From positions 62,001-126,000 of the forward strand of contig QPGO01000048.1 of the NCBI GenBank assembly GCA_008632985.1: a stretch of 64,000 bases of DNA. The letters run 5' to 3'. Below, one piece after another: positions 1 to 17,499 of the stretch. Position numbers and translations under genes: made by a program. Numbering within the stretch: position 1 is the first letter of the stretch; each line of letters begins with the position of its first letter. Source of the DNA: Psammoneis japonica. Taxonomy: Eukaryota. Under the pieces are notes generated by a model that was given only the letters and a program-made list of their open reading frames with translations, ran no database searches and was not told where the DNA came from.

Positions 1-717
1 CACCTCTCAACTTTTGGTGCAATAAAGTTACTGATTGATTGTTGTGTCGCAATCACAGCTTTTAATCACTGAAAGTGCAGACGAATCTTAGAATTCCGGC
101 TACTTTCCCACAGTGAGGCGTCCAGCTGAGTCGCTTGAGTTGAGTCCATTATTTAGGCTACATTGCAACACATTGTGTCTTTTACGGGACACTTTTTGTC
201 GCAACTGTATCAAGCCTAACAGTTGCATTTAAAACAAGACATTTACAAATCACAGAGATTACAGCACCTGCATCTTCCTTGAAAACTTTTCAGGCTTATG
301 GCAGTTGATGAATAGAGACTCTAACACTGGAGCTCTCGCGGTCGGTCGTACTGTACGTATTGTACGTCGGGCGGGCGGTCCAGTCCCGATTCCCTACAGC
401 ACGTGATTCAAAACGAGATAGTGCCATTCTGACGTTCTACGCGCTTCTCAGTATGTCTCCATGTACCTTATTTCAGTACGAACAGTTTGTCGTATGTAGG
501 GTTTGTACTCAATCCTACGGCCTGACGGGACCCGGCGTTGGAAGCACAAAGTCAGAAGCGAAGCACGCACACACAGAACAAAAAGCACGGCAACAAAGAC
601 GAAGTTGTTGCCTGTGTCATTTGCGTCGTCGGAGTTCCCTCGTCCTCTGCACCGACCGCAGAAGCAACCGTACCGTATCAAGTTCAAGGACATCAGAGAC
701 TCAGCGACTGGCATTGA

Positions 718-3522
<2,805 letters not shown>

Positions 3523-3592
3523 AGCTTTGGCGGAAAGTACACGTTTTTCACACTATGTGTAGTTCTTCTAAATTGAATAGACGAAATTGATT

Positions 3593-6500
3593 CTACTTCG
3601 AATGCAAAATTGCGACAGCGTCGCGCAGCTCTTTCGACTGCAAGATATCGGTGGTTGCTTTGAGCAGAGACGGGAACCTCACCTCTCTCCACTTGCCAAA
3701 CAGCAGGTGCTTCGAGAACGACGAAGATGGTGTTCGAGGCGAATCGATGGCATGGAAGAATTTTGCCAGAGCCAAAGCCGCGTAGTCGAAACAACGAGGG
3801 TCGTCAAGGCGAACTGAACCTGCCGACAAGCTCGTTGGCAAGGCGGAGAGCTCACGCACTAGCGTAACGATGTCAAATGACAATTCCCTCTGACGCTTTT
3901 CCGGGAAGGAAACGGGCAGCTCGATGTTGTCATTCGAAAGACCAACGCTATTTGTCCGTTCAAAATAATTACGCACAAGATTGTGGAAAGCCCCTTGCTT
4001 TTCCGTTTCCTTGACTTCTCGCTCCTCATTCGAAAGAGATGCGACGCCAGCTACATTTTGCAGTATTTCATAGATTCCCAGCACTTTGCTAGCAACAGAC
4101 TCGACATTTCTTGCAAACTGGTCCGACATTTCAGTCGCAAGGTTCTCCAAAAGCGACTTGTCACGAGTAGCTCCGCTGAAAAGGTTTATTCCTGCGCTTC
4201 GCAATCTGACATGGACAGAAGTCGTTTCAAGCAAAAGCTCTAGCTCTCCAGCATTCTGAAGACGACGGAGAGCCGCGAAAACGTGACGGGGTTCTGCTTC
4301 TGCTCCGAGGAGATTTGAGCACTTCGTAACGGAGAATCGATGGACTCCAAAACTGTAAGAATGGAATTGTCTTTCTCCTGTTGTTTCGATATCGTCATCG
4401 CTTTCATCGACACGTGTAGCGCACTTCAAAATACATTGGGCCAAAGGTTCGACGGTAGCAAGCTTCTCTAACTTTCGTCGTTTCAATGTAACTGTGGCGA
4501 TATCCGGCAATTGGCCTTCGACATGTAGGATGGGCTCTTCAGTCGATTTAACTTCCAGCAGAGAAAGAATAGTTTCGATGCTTTCATATTTGCAGTCCAT
4601 ATCGGCCACGGACGTGTCAATTGGAATTGAAACGCTGATGGATTTTCCACAAGTCGAACCAGGATCTTCAGAATCAAACCAATCTGCCTTCTCAAGCGCT
4701 TCAATCACAAGTTTCTGAAAGCCTCCCAGAAACATTCGTACTTGGCTTTGCGAAACGCTGTCGGAATGGGCAAGGGAGTGTCGGACAACTACGTCCTCCT
4801 TCATGACGAGTGCAATTGCCTGTGCGGATTTCCGTCACGACCAGCCCTACCTATTTCCTGGAGGTAATTTTCTGGTGACGACGGCAGATGCAAATGAACA
4901 ATAGCTGAAACATCTGCTTTATTTATCCCGAGCCCGAACGCAACCGTAGCCACACAGATTCGAGCCCGCCCTCGCATAAACTGATATAGATTTCAAGTAC
5001 GGCGAATCGCTTTGTAAGTAACATGAGAATCTGACGAGCGAAGAAGGGGAAAGGAAACATACCTGAGACTGGCTTTTCGCTCTGGACACAGCATTCATTC
5101 CACCATGGTAGACCACGATTCCGCCGTGGACACCAGAGGCGGCTAGATTCTCCGCAACAACTTCAGCATCTCTTTGTCGCCATACATAGACGATGACATT
5201 TCCTTCAGCTAGACATCCTGGACCGAGCGGATTTTCTTGGGCGTCATCTGCAGACTCGGACAAAGGAGTGAGAAGCTTTGAAAGCTGAAAGAACGGTTGA
5301 CAGCAACAAAAAGTGAGTCCAGACGCGCTGCATTGAAAGTGGGTTCCTCAGCAATTGCAAAACTCACCTCTAGGCGACGCTGCTCTTCGTCATGCATAAT
5401 CAGGCACTTCACGTCGATATTCTCGCGATTACACGACATGATTCTGACAGCCTCGCTATGGTTCTGCACTGGAGCTCCCGTTTTATCGTCAGATCTATCT
5501 TGCTCGTCATTGTACCCGTGATGAGGTATAGCCAGTGCCTGGCAGATGTCTTGCACAACGAGTGGGCCCGCCGTGGCAGTAATAGCTAAAACGCTTTTTG
5601 GTTTCGCAAGATCCACGAACGAACGGATTCGGAAAAATGTCGGTCGAAAACTGTGTGACCACTGACTCATGCAATGTGCTTCGTCAACGCACAAAAGGGA
5701 AACATTCGGGAATGCCCTTTCCTTGGAACGTGTATCGGCGTTCCACCGGGGACGGAAGAGTCGTCGGAAAGAAGAACTAGCCAGTCGTTCGGGAGACACG
5801 AAGAGGATCTTCAGGCGATTGCGGATTACGTCGTCAACTTTGGCGGCCATTTCGGCCGTTGACATTGCACCAGATAATGTTGTAGCCGGAATGTTCGGAG
5901 GCAATTGGTGGAGCTGATCCTGTGATTCAAGGATGGAGCAGTTCCCAGAAGAAAAATCTCAGTAAGCATGGCTCATGTATGTCGGATGCCAATGAGAACG
6001 ATACATACCTGAATGAGCGAAACGAGCGGAGAAACAACGATACATATTCCATCCATTGAGGCGGCAGGTAAAGCGTAGCACTATGTGAAGACAAACGCGG
6101 TACGGGTAAGAAAGAGAAAAAGACGTTGAATTCAGGATGCGTCGAAAGACCACAGCGAGTGGTCTCACCAAACTCTTTCCAAAACTAGTTGGCGCGACTA
6201 GCAAGGTCCTTTCCCCCTCAAGGCAGCGCCTTACCGCCCACTCTTGTCCATCGCGAAAGTTTTTGTAATTGAAGAATGATCTCAACGACGCACGGAGGGA
6301 ACGCGCCTTTCTGGTCGACGTCGTGGTAGTCCTCAAACTCTTCGCCGCTTTCCTCACCGGTGCCACCATCATCTTTCGGCTCGATGCTTTCATCATCCGT
6401 GACTTCGTCATGGTCAAAAGTTTCTTCTTCGTCACTAGAATCTGAAGACGAAGAAGAGTCCAGCGATATCAAGTCAAGATCATTAGCGGTTGAGTTGTCG

Positions 6501-8136
6501 ACAATCCTTTCTTCATCTGCACCTTTCGTAGGTTCGTTTGGCTTTTCCATTTTCGATATTTCATCTCGCACCCATACCGACAGTCGAGTCAAAAGCTGCT
6601 GCTTCTTTCCCGAGCTTTCTAGGTTACGACGCCTCGCCTCGGTTCTCAACTCGGGGACTGTGAGGATCCTGAAACGATCCGTGTATGCGCTAACTTGTCG
6701 AGCAACAAATCCCGAGTGTGAAGAATTTTTCAGTAGAGCAACCTTTGCGGCCTAGAGTAGGACCCAAAAGACAGGAATGACACAACAATAAACGACAAAA
6801 GTTAGACGCGAGAAATAGCATGATACAAGTCAAACTGCATCTGTTGTAGCCCTACCTGTGCAGTGTCGTCCGCCCACTGGAAATAATCGCACTGCTCTCC
6901 TCTCGGCATGGAGCACGCGTAGAACTTTCTTCCTTTATTTCCAGTCGTGTTCTTTTTTACAGTCAGTAAATTACAAGGACGTTGATGCCGAGCACAAGTG
7001 GGTCGCTGGGCGTTCTCTTTCTTTGATGTGGAACCGCCTTGAAATATTCCGTCCATATAATCATCTAGCGGATCGACGCCAGTGTTTGATATGAAGTTTC
7101 GCTTCTTTGCATTGTTTCGATTTCGATCGTCACCATCTCGAGGCTCAGAGGATCCAAAATTCCGCTTGCGCTTCTTATTCCTCGCCCCACGACAAGCTCC
7201 GGCATTGTTGCGAAGGTTGAGTCTGACAAAATTCTCATTGTTGGGCGTCTTCTTTGGTAGTGAAGGCGGCATGTCTGGCGCAATTACCTGACTGTTGTAA
7301 CGTCTTCGATCCGACAAAGACAAATTAGTTTTGCTTCCACTTGCTTTCAGAGCGTTTGGGAGCGATGATTCAAACTCTGTATCTTGAATCTTTTGATTGC
7401 TTCCTGAAAGTATGCGGCGTTCGTCAATTGCATGTTGCGTTGAAGAAAGCTCAAGCAAGCTATTCTTTTCTGTTGCTGGAGGACACATTGTCTCATCAAC
7501 GGGATGGCTATCGCAATCCTTCGCGCGTTGCTTGTTGGAGCTATCCATAGTTTCCGGTTCTCTGCTAAGGGAGGACGAACAAATGCCTTCGAGAGACCGT
7601 GTCCTTCTGGAGTTTGCCTCCGCACCTACCCGGATCGCCAACGGCTTCAAGTCCTTTCTCGCACTGCTGACCTTCGGTGGTGGTGCCGACGATGTCTTTG
7701 TCCGTATAGTGTCACGCGATTGAATAACCACATTTCTCTTCTTCGCTCCGCTCTTGATTACTTTCGAAGAGGGGTTTGAATCGCTCGTTTTTGCCGAGAT
7801 GCTTGCATGCTTCTTACTAGTTTTCGCGACTACCGATTTCTTCGCACCAACCAAATCTCCCAACGACTCAACCTTATCACTCTTACTACAGGAATTAACA
7901 ACACGAGACCACATGGTGCTGTTCTGTCCAGTGGCAGTCAGAGGAGCTCGTGCTCGAGCACTATTGGTTTTCGAAGCACGCTGCCCGTTTCTGAGACTGC
8001 GTTTCGGTTCAAGCATGGCTTCTAGCATTCTTGTCGTTTCAGAGGGCTTAGCACTGATATTTCTTGAAACGATTCTTCCTTTTCGTTTGTTGCCATTTTT
8101 ATCCTTGTTGCTCGAAGCACGTGCTTTCGAAGACAT
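3593..8136 (-). CDS. RECQL4: RECQL4-like RecQ helicase with N-terminal GRF zinc finger and SAP-like motif; multi-exon, two apparent 1-nt frameshifts (~6309, ~4830)
   Basis: RecQ4 motif NENFVRLNL; GRF finger CARH..VKKNTTGNKGRKFYAC..CDYFQWAD; helicase motifs FRDGQEWAV, APTSFGKS, VDEAHCMSQWSHSFRP, ITATA, YHGGM, AFGLGINKADV, YLQEIGRAGRDG. Confidence 0.88.
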
Positions 8137-8433
8137 GGTGGATGCCGGTATTTTGCGTCAGCCGAGATGAAAACGATGACGAGAAACCAAAAAGCACTAC
8201 TTTATATATATTCATGCATGAATGTTTTAAATGTAAGAACTGTAGTATTATTTCTACGTACATCTATTTGTACCAGTAGCTTACGAGCAATAAAAATGGC
8301 GCGAAACAGCGACTGATTTCGATGTACGGTACAGTAGCCCTACGCTCTGTAGCAACACAGGAGACAGGCAGGAGCAGAAGCTACCGAGTGGTTCCGATCA
8401 CTGATGTGGTAGCTGCTTGTTGTTCATACCATA

Positions 8434-11400
8434 CTACGGTCTCTCTCTAGAGAGAGAAGAGGAAGCGGCATTGCTTTCGTCACCAGGGCTTCTCGCTTGC
8501 TTTTTCTGTGGAGGAAGAGAGCTCTGAGGTTCTGTTACGGTCAACGAAAATCTGAGCTTGGAGGGGTTTCCTGCGGGCACAGTAAGCTTAACATGTTTTC
8601 GGACGCCCGCCAAGGTGATAGACGAGTGAAACGTATCTCCTTCGTTAAGTCCGGATGGAACTGTGACCACAAAAGACTCTGTGTTACCCTCTCCGTCTGC
8701 CTTTCGCTTTCTTTCTGTCGAAGTCTTTTTTCCTGTTGAAGAGCGAGGGGGGCTCGATGGTTCGTTTGGCTTATCCGACAAAGCGTTGGCCGGCTGCTTC
8801 CGTTTTCTGGATGTCTTGGAATGCAGAGATTTGAAAACACTCTGACATTCCGCAACTGCCGCCTTCAAAACAGCCAACTTCTTCCCTTTCCCAGACCAAT
8901 TATCTTCATCCTGGCTTGATATTTGATTCGTCTCCCTCGCGACCAAGAACGCTGAACACAAAGCTTCGACTTCGGGTACCGAGTCGCGGCCAAATCTCCA
9001 CTCTCGACTCCGCTCCACATCTTCAACAGGACAGTTCAACCGGAGGAAACACTTGTATGCATTTTTCAGCAGCTCAGACTTTTGAGACTCGACCTTCTTG
9101 TCTTTCGAACTAGATATGTTCGATACGTCATCGACAATTAGGCCAGCAATGGCGCTATTCGCGTGGCGCTTCACTGCCTGCAACAATCCAAGCGAAGCCA
9201 AAGCAGAATTCTTGGGTAGGAGATTATCTCGGTGATGAGAAGTACTCGGTGGACCCCCTTTGGAAATGGCACTAGCCCGAAAGAGCGCAGGAAGATCCCT
9301 CTTGCACGACGCAGTCCACTGCAGAAGTGTCTCCAGCTTGTTCGTCCTATGGCATACTCGGAGGCAATCTATCCAAGCTGTCAAATATTTCCTTCGAAGA
9401 GAGTCATACTTTCTAACAGAATTGTTCAGAAATGGAAAGGCTGACGAATGTGAGCCTGGGGCTGTCACCCATACCCCGCATAGCTGAGGGCGCTTCTTCT
9501 CAAAGAGCACTCCCAAAACGGCTTCGCTGCTATGGGCACAGGGTGTCGCGCTGTTCAGACCTCGGATTAGGTAACTTTTTGTTGCAGGAACCATGCCCAG
9601 TCCTTTCTCGGCTGCCCCGGCAACTGGGTCATGAAACACCTGCGCCCACATGAGCGCTTGGGCGTGCCGATAAACCGAACGGTGGAAAAAAGGCTGTTCA
9701 AGACGGCATTGAGCAAGGGCTGCCACTACGTCAACTAACACTGACCACACTCTCTCGCGGAGCGAGGTCCGCTCAGAATCTTCCGCGCCTTCAGAGGACA
9801 TGTAAAAGTGCTTTGTAGATAATCGCAAAGCCTCGTTTTCTGCAGCATCCCTTACACTGCTCCCTTGGCTGACAGCAAACAGTATACACTTGAACCTGGA
9901 AGCATGGAGTCGGTAAAACAATTCCAAAGCTCCGTGTTCGCTACCACCAGCTTGTATGTCTGCACGTCCTCCGTTGTCTTCAATCGCTTTGGCTTCCTTC
10001 CAACCCATGTAGTAATATTTAATTGCTGTATCCATTTCTCGTTCGTATTGCCGTATCTGAGACGTGTGATCACTGTCATTTTCACACTCGTTCGACAAAA
10101 ATAGTTCGCGTTTGAAAATCCCTGCTACTTTCTCGTGGCACTAGTAGGCCACAGGATGTAACCAGACACATCCTTTAGAAACGCATCAAATAGCGGTCAA
10201 CATTGTGCACTTCAATATACTCATCTCATCTTACCTTCCCAATCATGAACAGCAGGTCAAAGGTTTGTCGACTTTCTGATTCATCCTCGTCTCCCGAGAC
10301 ACTCACGGAATCCACTGCGCTCTTGAAACACAACGCCGAAGTCTCCGCCAACTGCCGCTTCCAGTAGTCGGTCATACGGTGCATTGGGTAGCCGTACTCT
10401 TGGGAGCCAATCAACATGCTGTAGTAGAGCGTTCCAAGCGACTCAGATACTTCGGCTACCATCGCGTTTTCCTCGAAATCACTTTTGCGCTGCTTCAAAG
10501 CCAGATACAGCGCGGCGAACAAACACCTTGTGGCAATCTTTCTCAGCGCGCTGACAAACATACCACCCCACGACTGCTGCCACCGTACGTAATCGCCCCT
10601 GCTATACATGGTCCTCATTTCCCCCCGCACATGCGCGTCAAAGACATCCATGTCAAAGCCACTTTGTGTTTGACACAGTTCGTCTTCGTCCACCTCCGTA
10701 GCGCATGAAAGTAGCGACACAAATGTCGACCAAGGATGGTGAACATACGGAAACAAGTTTTCCCCAACGTGTGGCACCCACCCTTCATGCCGACGACGAA
10801 ACTCCCGCTCCAACTCGAGCTCCAACTCAGCAAACTTAAGACTTTTGTTGGTTTTGAAACCGTGGTCCGGAATACTGAATTCACCAGTGCGAAAGCTTTT
10901 CGGTAAGACCAGACGATCTGCAACTAGTTCGGCTTTTGAAATGAGACATTGACCTGCGCGGTACCAGCTTTCGCAGCATAAAGCGTCCCCATAACAGAGG
11001 TCGTCAATAATGGCTTGAAACTTTTTGGACAGCTCGCGCTCGTGAGCAGCGGCAATCTCTCTTTCTTGCAGCTGCTTTGAGTGACTCTCTCTTGCGGCCA
11101 CTGGCTGCTCATTCAAAGAAGTTGAAAGCTGTGGGAGGGCTCCCTTCGCAAGTTCACGACAGACGCCTTTCCTGATAACAATCACTTCTTCTGTCGAGTC
11201 CTCTTGCGTCGACCCTGTGCTATTGTCCTCGGTTACACAATCAGGCAGCCTCTCGACCGAATCGCAATTTATTCCCTTCTTAAATAGCTTCCCGACATCT
11301 GAGGGTTCGAAATATGTGGCCCTCGCAGTGAAAAGAAAACGTTTAATGCTCGCACTTTTTTGGTCTTCAACAGGATCTGGAAGCGCTGAGATCACGCAAT

Positions 11401-14400
11401 TTAGCGCAGCCGTCGGTGGAGACTTCCTCCCTTTTGCATAGGCTCGAACAATACAGCGATAGAGTTGGGCGGCTGCACCAACCGACTCAGGTGGACATCG
11501 GTGGTGGGAGGCCTCATCGTATGAATTCACGACGGAGCAGTGTTCTTTTGTCAGCGTGCTCTGATTTCCGCAACTGAGGCTGAAGCCATGGAGGCAGCGA
11601 TAGGCTTTGCATAGAGTTTGGTCTAAGCGATTCCCCGCCGTTCTTGCACCAAATGGGTATTCTTCAGCCCATACACTTCCCTTACCTCCAGCATCGTCGC
11701 AAGAGCTCCCCCACTCGGAGAGGAATGTTTCGCAGATGCGATTTAGTACCCGTACAACAACCAACGGAAACATAGGGCCATGTTCACTGTTGTGCCAGGA
11801 AAAGGTACTTGGTGTACAGATTGTCTTTTCATCGAGGGAATCGAAAACTAGTGCCACACATTGGACAGCTAGGCACAAAGAGCGAAGCAGAGAACCGTTG
11901 GATTTGCGTGGTCGATGTTCGCTGTCGTCGGAATCAGAACTGTCCGCCCAATCGTTAGCGCTGGCGTCGGAATCGAAAAATTCACTGATGCACATGCAAC
12001 TGTCACTTTCAACACCTCCTCGTTCTCCTATCTCCTCTTTCTTGCCAGATTCTGGAAAGTTTGAGCCAAGAGCAGATCCACAGAGGCTCACAATGAGCGA
12101 GGCAATAGGACATATCATTTTCTCAACGATTGGGCGATCAAACGAACTGATACTTCCTGGAACCGTTGCCGTTCTCGAAACATTTGCCGGATCAGGGTTT
12201 GACCCATATTTCCAAAACCACAATGCTGAGTCGCAAAGTGCGGCAAGTGCAACGGGATTTTTTGGTTCCTTCGTCGAGTTGGCATCGATGGATACAGAGA
12301 AACTGAGAGCGAGAGCTTCGATCAAAAATGACGGCAACATCTCATCACCAACAATGCGCACCAAATTTCTAGAAAGCATCATCGACATTTCAGATGCAAC
12401 AGCCCCGATGTACTCTGCCCGTCCAGCGCAAAGTTTTTGGCGAACAGCTCGTCCGCTTCTATTGTCCCCGTGTGACCTTAGAAGCAGAGGAAAAACCTGC
12501 CGCTGGGAAACCAAAACCCTTGCGAGGCCGACGAAGAACAGGGACTGCATTTGATGATTGTGGTCGACAAGCTCGTCGTCGACTATTACAGAGGAGACGA
12601 AGGATCGTACAGTCAAAAGTACTTGAAAGTCAAGAGGCGACTGATGGATGAAGGAATCATGCATCGACTGGCGGTACCACTCAGCAGAGAATAGCATGGA
12701 GACTTTCATCATAATCACAAAATCATCTGCGGCGAGAAATGCCGTTTTGTCCTCGGTTGAAAGCTGCGAAAATATATCAGAGATTTTTTCAATGAGGAAT
12801 TGACACATGAGACAAAGCACTCTGCCCTTGCCTCTGCCTTGACGCCGGATTGATCTTCCTTTCTCTATTGACATCTCATCGTCGATAATCTCATCGCTCT
12901 CATCGCTAGAATCACTATCGCTGAGCGTGTCATGACCAGGAGAACGACCGATCCTTCCAAAAGTGCGCATGTCCCAGTTATTTAGACCCTGGTATGATAG
13001 AATGCCTTGTTGATCAAACACCATGCGAACGAGACGCGCCATCAATCGTGCAATCGACAGAGATCTTTCTGTCTTGGACTGGAGGCATGCGACCAATATT
13101 GTCAAGATGCTTGGATTGAGCATGTCACGAAATCGGCCCAATTCCAATTTTTCGGTAGGCACCACGTCCCACAGTCTACCCCATCGTAGCTTTCCCTGCG
13201 TAAATCCCTTCGTCATCTCCTCGTCCCTATCTGATCTAAGCAAGTCGTGAGAGCACAACAGGCGAAAATCATTCGCGAGTTCTTCGTATTTTCCGCCCTG
13301 ACCATCGTACTCAGTATCATATCTATCGAACAGCTGTTCGCCTATTTCACTCAATTTCTTAAGATCATTCTCCGAGAAGCAGGCGTCGAAACCTTCATTT
13401 GAACGTGTGCTGGCATCTTCCACGACCTCCAAGAATTGCTGACGGGCTAACGAAACGACAGAAGCTGCTCGAATTTCATCTTGGAAAGCGGATAGAACAG
13501 GAATAGATAGAACTTTCCAATGAATGTCAGTCCGCAGTGGGGACTCTAGGTGCGGTGTACGAACGGTGAGAATAGGGCGTGGTGCCGGAGTTCGGAGGTA
13601 TTCTATGGCACGATCGATATGTTCGAGCCCCAAGGTCTCAGCAGTTCTAGATTCTGACACGTTCTGAGACACCCTGCTCCTCCAAAGAAAGAATCCTGCA
13701 GCTAGCCAATGGCATCTTGTGTGAAGCTCTGTTAGAAGTCTCTTTTGGGACTGAACTCCGGTCTTATTGGACTTCAGGCTCTCCGACTCACGCAACAGGA
13801 CCGATACTGCTGCTGAAATTGCGTTAGCATCATTGTCAAATTCCTGCCCGATAGAGTGGCGCTCGCATCTCTTCAGTCTTAACTCAGCATTAAGAAGATT
13901 CACTGCGAATTGCTCGATACCAACGGCGTGCAGTTCGTCTCCAAACCACGAAGGCATCAGGGCTGGATTGGTCCCGCATCTCTTTCCAAGAAGGTCAACA
14001 CCTGAGATGAAAAGAAGCAACTACGGTTAGTGAAAAGGATACAACAACATGGGACGTCGGGATGGAACTTACTCTCCGACAAACATGATGCCAGAACCAT
14101 TGTGCCACCCGGATCGATGGCGAAAACATCGGCAACATTAAGAGAAACGTGAGTGACATACTTAGCCAACAAGTCTTGGGGCCCTGAATTCTTGCAACTC
14201 CAGCGTTCGACAAAGCTTGTTATCGATGCACAACTAGCACGTTCTCTGGCTTCGTCGCGCCGTCTATGCTCTTGCTTGCTCTCTGAACCACTAATATGGT
14301 ATTGTGTCACATGACTGTTTCTCCGAAACAAGCTACTGAAACTTTGATCAAAACCCTTCCATATTTCATTCTCATTAAGCATTGCTTTGTATGCTGAGTT

Positions 14401-15966
14401 CTCAGTGGTGCAGGAAAGTATACACGCAAGTAAACAGAATTCCACAGAATTCCTTCGGGCCGTTCGTTCCGCCAACTTCCCCGATGTAATCAGCTGGGAA
14501 CGGACACGTTTTGAAGAGCGATGGATAGACGTCCGCCGTTCTTTCTCCTCATCATTAGGCGTGGTGTCTTCCATGTCGATTCGTCGCTTGGCCTTCTGGT
14601 CTGTATCATTGTTATCAGAGATCGGGTTGACAGCGGTGGTGGCAGTTCGAGTAGAACCGTTCTGGAACTCGTGATCCATTGACGCCCTAGCTGAAATAAT
14701 GGAAACCGAAAGCGCGCGACAGGTTGATTCAAACTTCCACACTGACTCCTCGGCCAGAAATTGGCAAATTACTCCCAGCACAGCTGGCGGTAGCCCCAAC
14801 ATTGGTGATATTCGCAAAGCGATTGTAGGAGCACCGGTCCCTTTGATCAGATCCAACTGTCCAATTTCACGCGGAGCTGCGTTTGATGTAGCGAAACTTC
14901 CCTGACGACATGCTTTGATCAGCATTCTTCCCAAGACATACCATGAATAACGAGGCAAATCTAGATCCAGTATTGAGCACTTTGCCGGGGAAAGCAACTT
15001 CGACGTGGAGATAGCGGAACGCTGAACCGCATTTATTTCTTCAAGAGCTCTTACAACTGTCCTGTTCGGCGGTAAACCTACTCCAAGAGCAATTCTACCA
15101 CTCTCAAGAGCATGCTTTTCCAGTCGACGATATCTGCCTGTCGATTCTGGACAATCCGTTATGGTGCCTTCGGTGTTGCTATCCTGCCGTGCCAAAATAT
15201 GATCTAGCCCCCGGGCAGTACATGCTAACTTGAGCCATAGAGTAGGGTCAGAGCCATGGAGCACGGAGGCATCACAAAACGCCGCAAGAGCCAGATGATA
15301 TGTGCTTTCTTCCGTCTCGTTCTTCCAACAACACGTAGAAACGCCTTCCAACAGAAAGCCATGTTTTTCGACAACACCTCTATCCAGTATAGTATATTTT
15401 GCATTCCTTTGTTTGCTTTGATAAGAACAGGCGCATCCTGAGATGAGCAGGTCGGCATAGTTCACAAGAGTCAAATAAGCCAATTCGCGAACCGTCGCAT
15501 GATGAGCCGCCGATGTTATTGTTGGTGGGACAGGTCGGGATGACAAAAAGGATTCCGACCTATCTCCTGGGATCTTCGATTCCATCGAAAGTCGATGCAT
15601 GACCTTGTAGATGGTGGGTGTGTGAGGGAGTATCAGTGGGTCAAGAAGTACGCCGACTTCAAAAGATGATCGTGCAGCATTCGCTACTCTTTCCAGCTGT
15701 TTCGATGCGTCGCCGCGCCGCCCCGACGGATTTTCAGATAACGTTTCATCCTGCTCTCTTTCGGAAACTTTGAAAAGAATCGAGCTCGATCGATTTAGGG
15801 CACCAAGACAAGAAATCCCAGCAGAGTACGCCTTGGTAAGGCGGGCAAGGGCCGCTTCGGAGGTTTCGGTGCTTTGTCTTCTCACCGATGCGCTGTTACC
15901 CTCGCCATTCCTCTCTCGATGCTCATCCGCGCCATCCTGTCGGACATTGGCAGCCTCCCAACGCAT
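8434..15966 (-). CDS. CABIN1: CABIN1/Hir3-like HIRA-complex subunit; 3 exons (15966-14073, 14001-10235, 10140-8434)
   Basis: N-terminal TPR-like YLTLVNYADLL..DPTLWLKLACTAR..HALESG; ESWYRAGQC; MIGK|CHEK; C-terminal ELFYRLHASRFK as in CABIN1 proteins. Both introns are GT-AG and in frame; product ~2480 aa. Confidence 0.78.
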
Positions 15967-17061
15967 GTCGAATGATGATTCGTACTACTAGACCTAAGTA
16001 GACGCTACAAATTTCTTTCCGACTCCTCTCAAACTTTTGCTGCTCTATTCGAAAAACGACATGCCGTACGAGTACGTCTAAAGTGAAAAAGAAAAAGCAC
16101 AGAAGCAAATAGAGCGCAAGGCGGGGCAGACTAAAAACTTCGAAGAGACGCGGAGGATCGGAGACAGGGCGACGACATCATGGCATGGAACACAACACAT
16201 GGCACGCAGCGGGAATCCCACTCCCCCCTCGAATGCTAAAGATGTGCATACAGGTATGAAACATTACTACCGTACCGGTACGACAATACCGCGAAAAGAT
16301 TGAATGTGGTAGAAATCGCCCCCCCCTTGCTTCGCTCGCGCTTTTCCCATTCTCGCGTTCATGTGGGTTGCCCGTCTCCTTCCTAAAGTTTGTCAACTTT
16401 GAAGGCTCGTAAGTAAGGTGTGAGCTGCAGCATGAGCACGCTCTGCTTCCAGAGCTTCCACCGTGTGTGCCACCTGCCAGCGCACCACACTGCTGCAACG
16501 GCGCCACATTTGCTCCACTCCAAAGCCAGCAGCACGTTTCCTGTCACAAATTTTCACCACCAAAAACTGGATTTCTTCCACCAAACTTTGTTCCTGCCAA
16601 GCAGCAACCTCAAACGTGGTGCTCATGACATGCTGTGAGCCCTGGTGCAGCTGTGGGTGGCTCCACAATGTGGTCAAGGAAAAGATGAAATGACTGCACA
16701 CAGTCCTCACCTCAGGTTGTTGACAGTTTCACTTTTTCCTTCTGTCTTCTTCTTTTCTCTTATCTCTCTTCTCTTTTCCATTTTCCTTTGACTCTTTCTC
16801 TTCTTCTGAGCTGTGTTTCCCAGTCAAGTGTGTTCTCTCCTGCTCCAGCATTGCAGAGCACTGCTGCCCTGAGAGCAGCCACCCCAAACAAGCAATCCAG
16901 AGCAGTTGGATGAGTTGGCTGTGGTTGCCCCCTCTGGCGCTCCCCAGCCAGGGGGAAGTGAGAAGAGAAAACTTGCAATTGACAAAAGACAAGAGAAGGG
17001 GCACAAGCTGAGCTTCTTGGTTGAGCACACAACAAACTAGAGTGCCTGGAGTTTAAGAAGA

Positions 17062-17080
17062 AAGAGAGAGAGAGAGAGAG
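17062..17080 (+). repeat. (GA)n microsatellite
   Basis: agagagagagagagagag run. Confidence 0.8.
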
Positions 17081-17499
17081 ACAATGTGCGCAAATGAACT
17101 GCCCTGCAAAACAATCCTGTGAACAAAGCCATCTGTCCCCGCCCACCTCAGATCTTTTGACACAACAGCACTGACCTTGACCGTTTCAGTCACCATCATG
17201 ATGTCAACAACAGCTTCAACCAGATGTGACTGTTGCCCTTGAGAAGCATGTGATCACTTCCTGTTCTTGCACCCAGCAGATGGAAAATGACAATGAGTTA
17301 ATTCCTCACTTGGCTCAAATCAATTTGCACTCCAAACATCAAAAGCAGCTGAAAAGAGCCAGGAGTTTGCGGCTCCACAGGAGGAAATGACCGAGCTCAT
17401 TGCCCAAAAGAACCCAACAAGCTTTCAAATGCCAAGTCACCTGAGCCACACCAAAAGATCAAACTCCAAGTCATTCATCAAGAAATTGTGCAGTCATGC

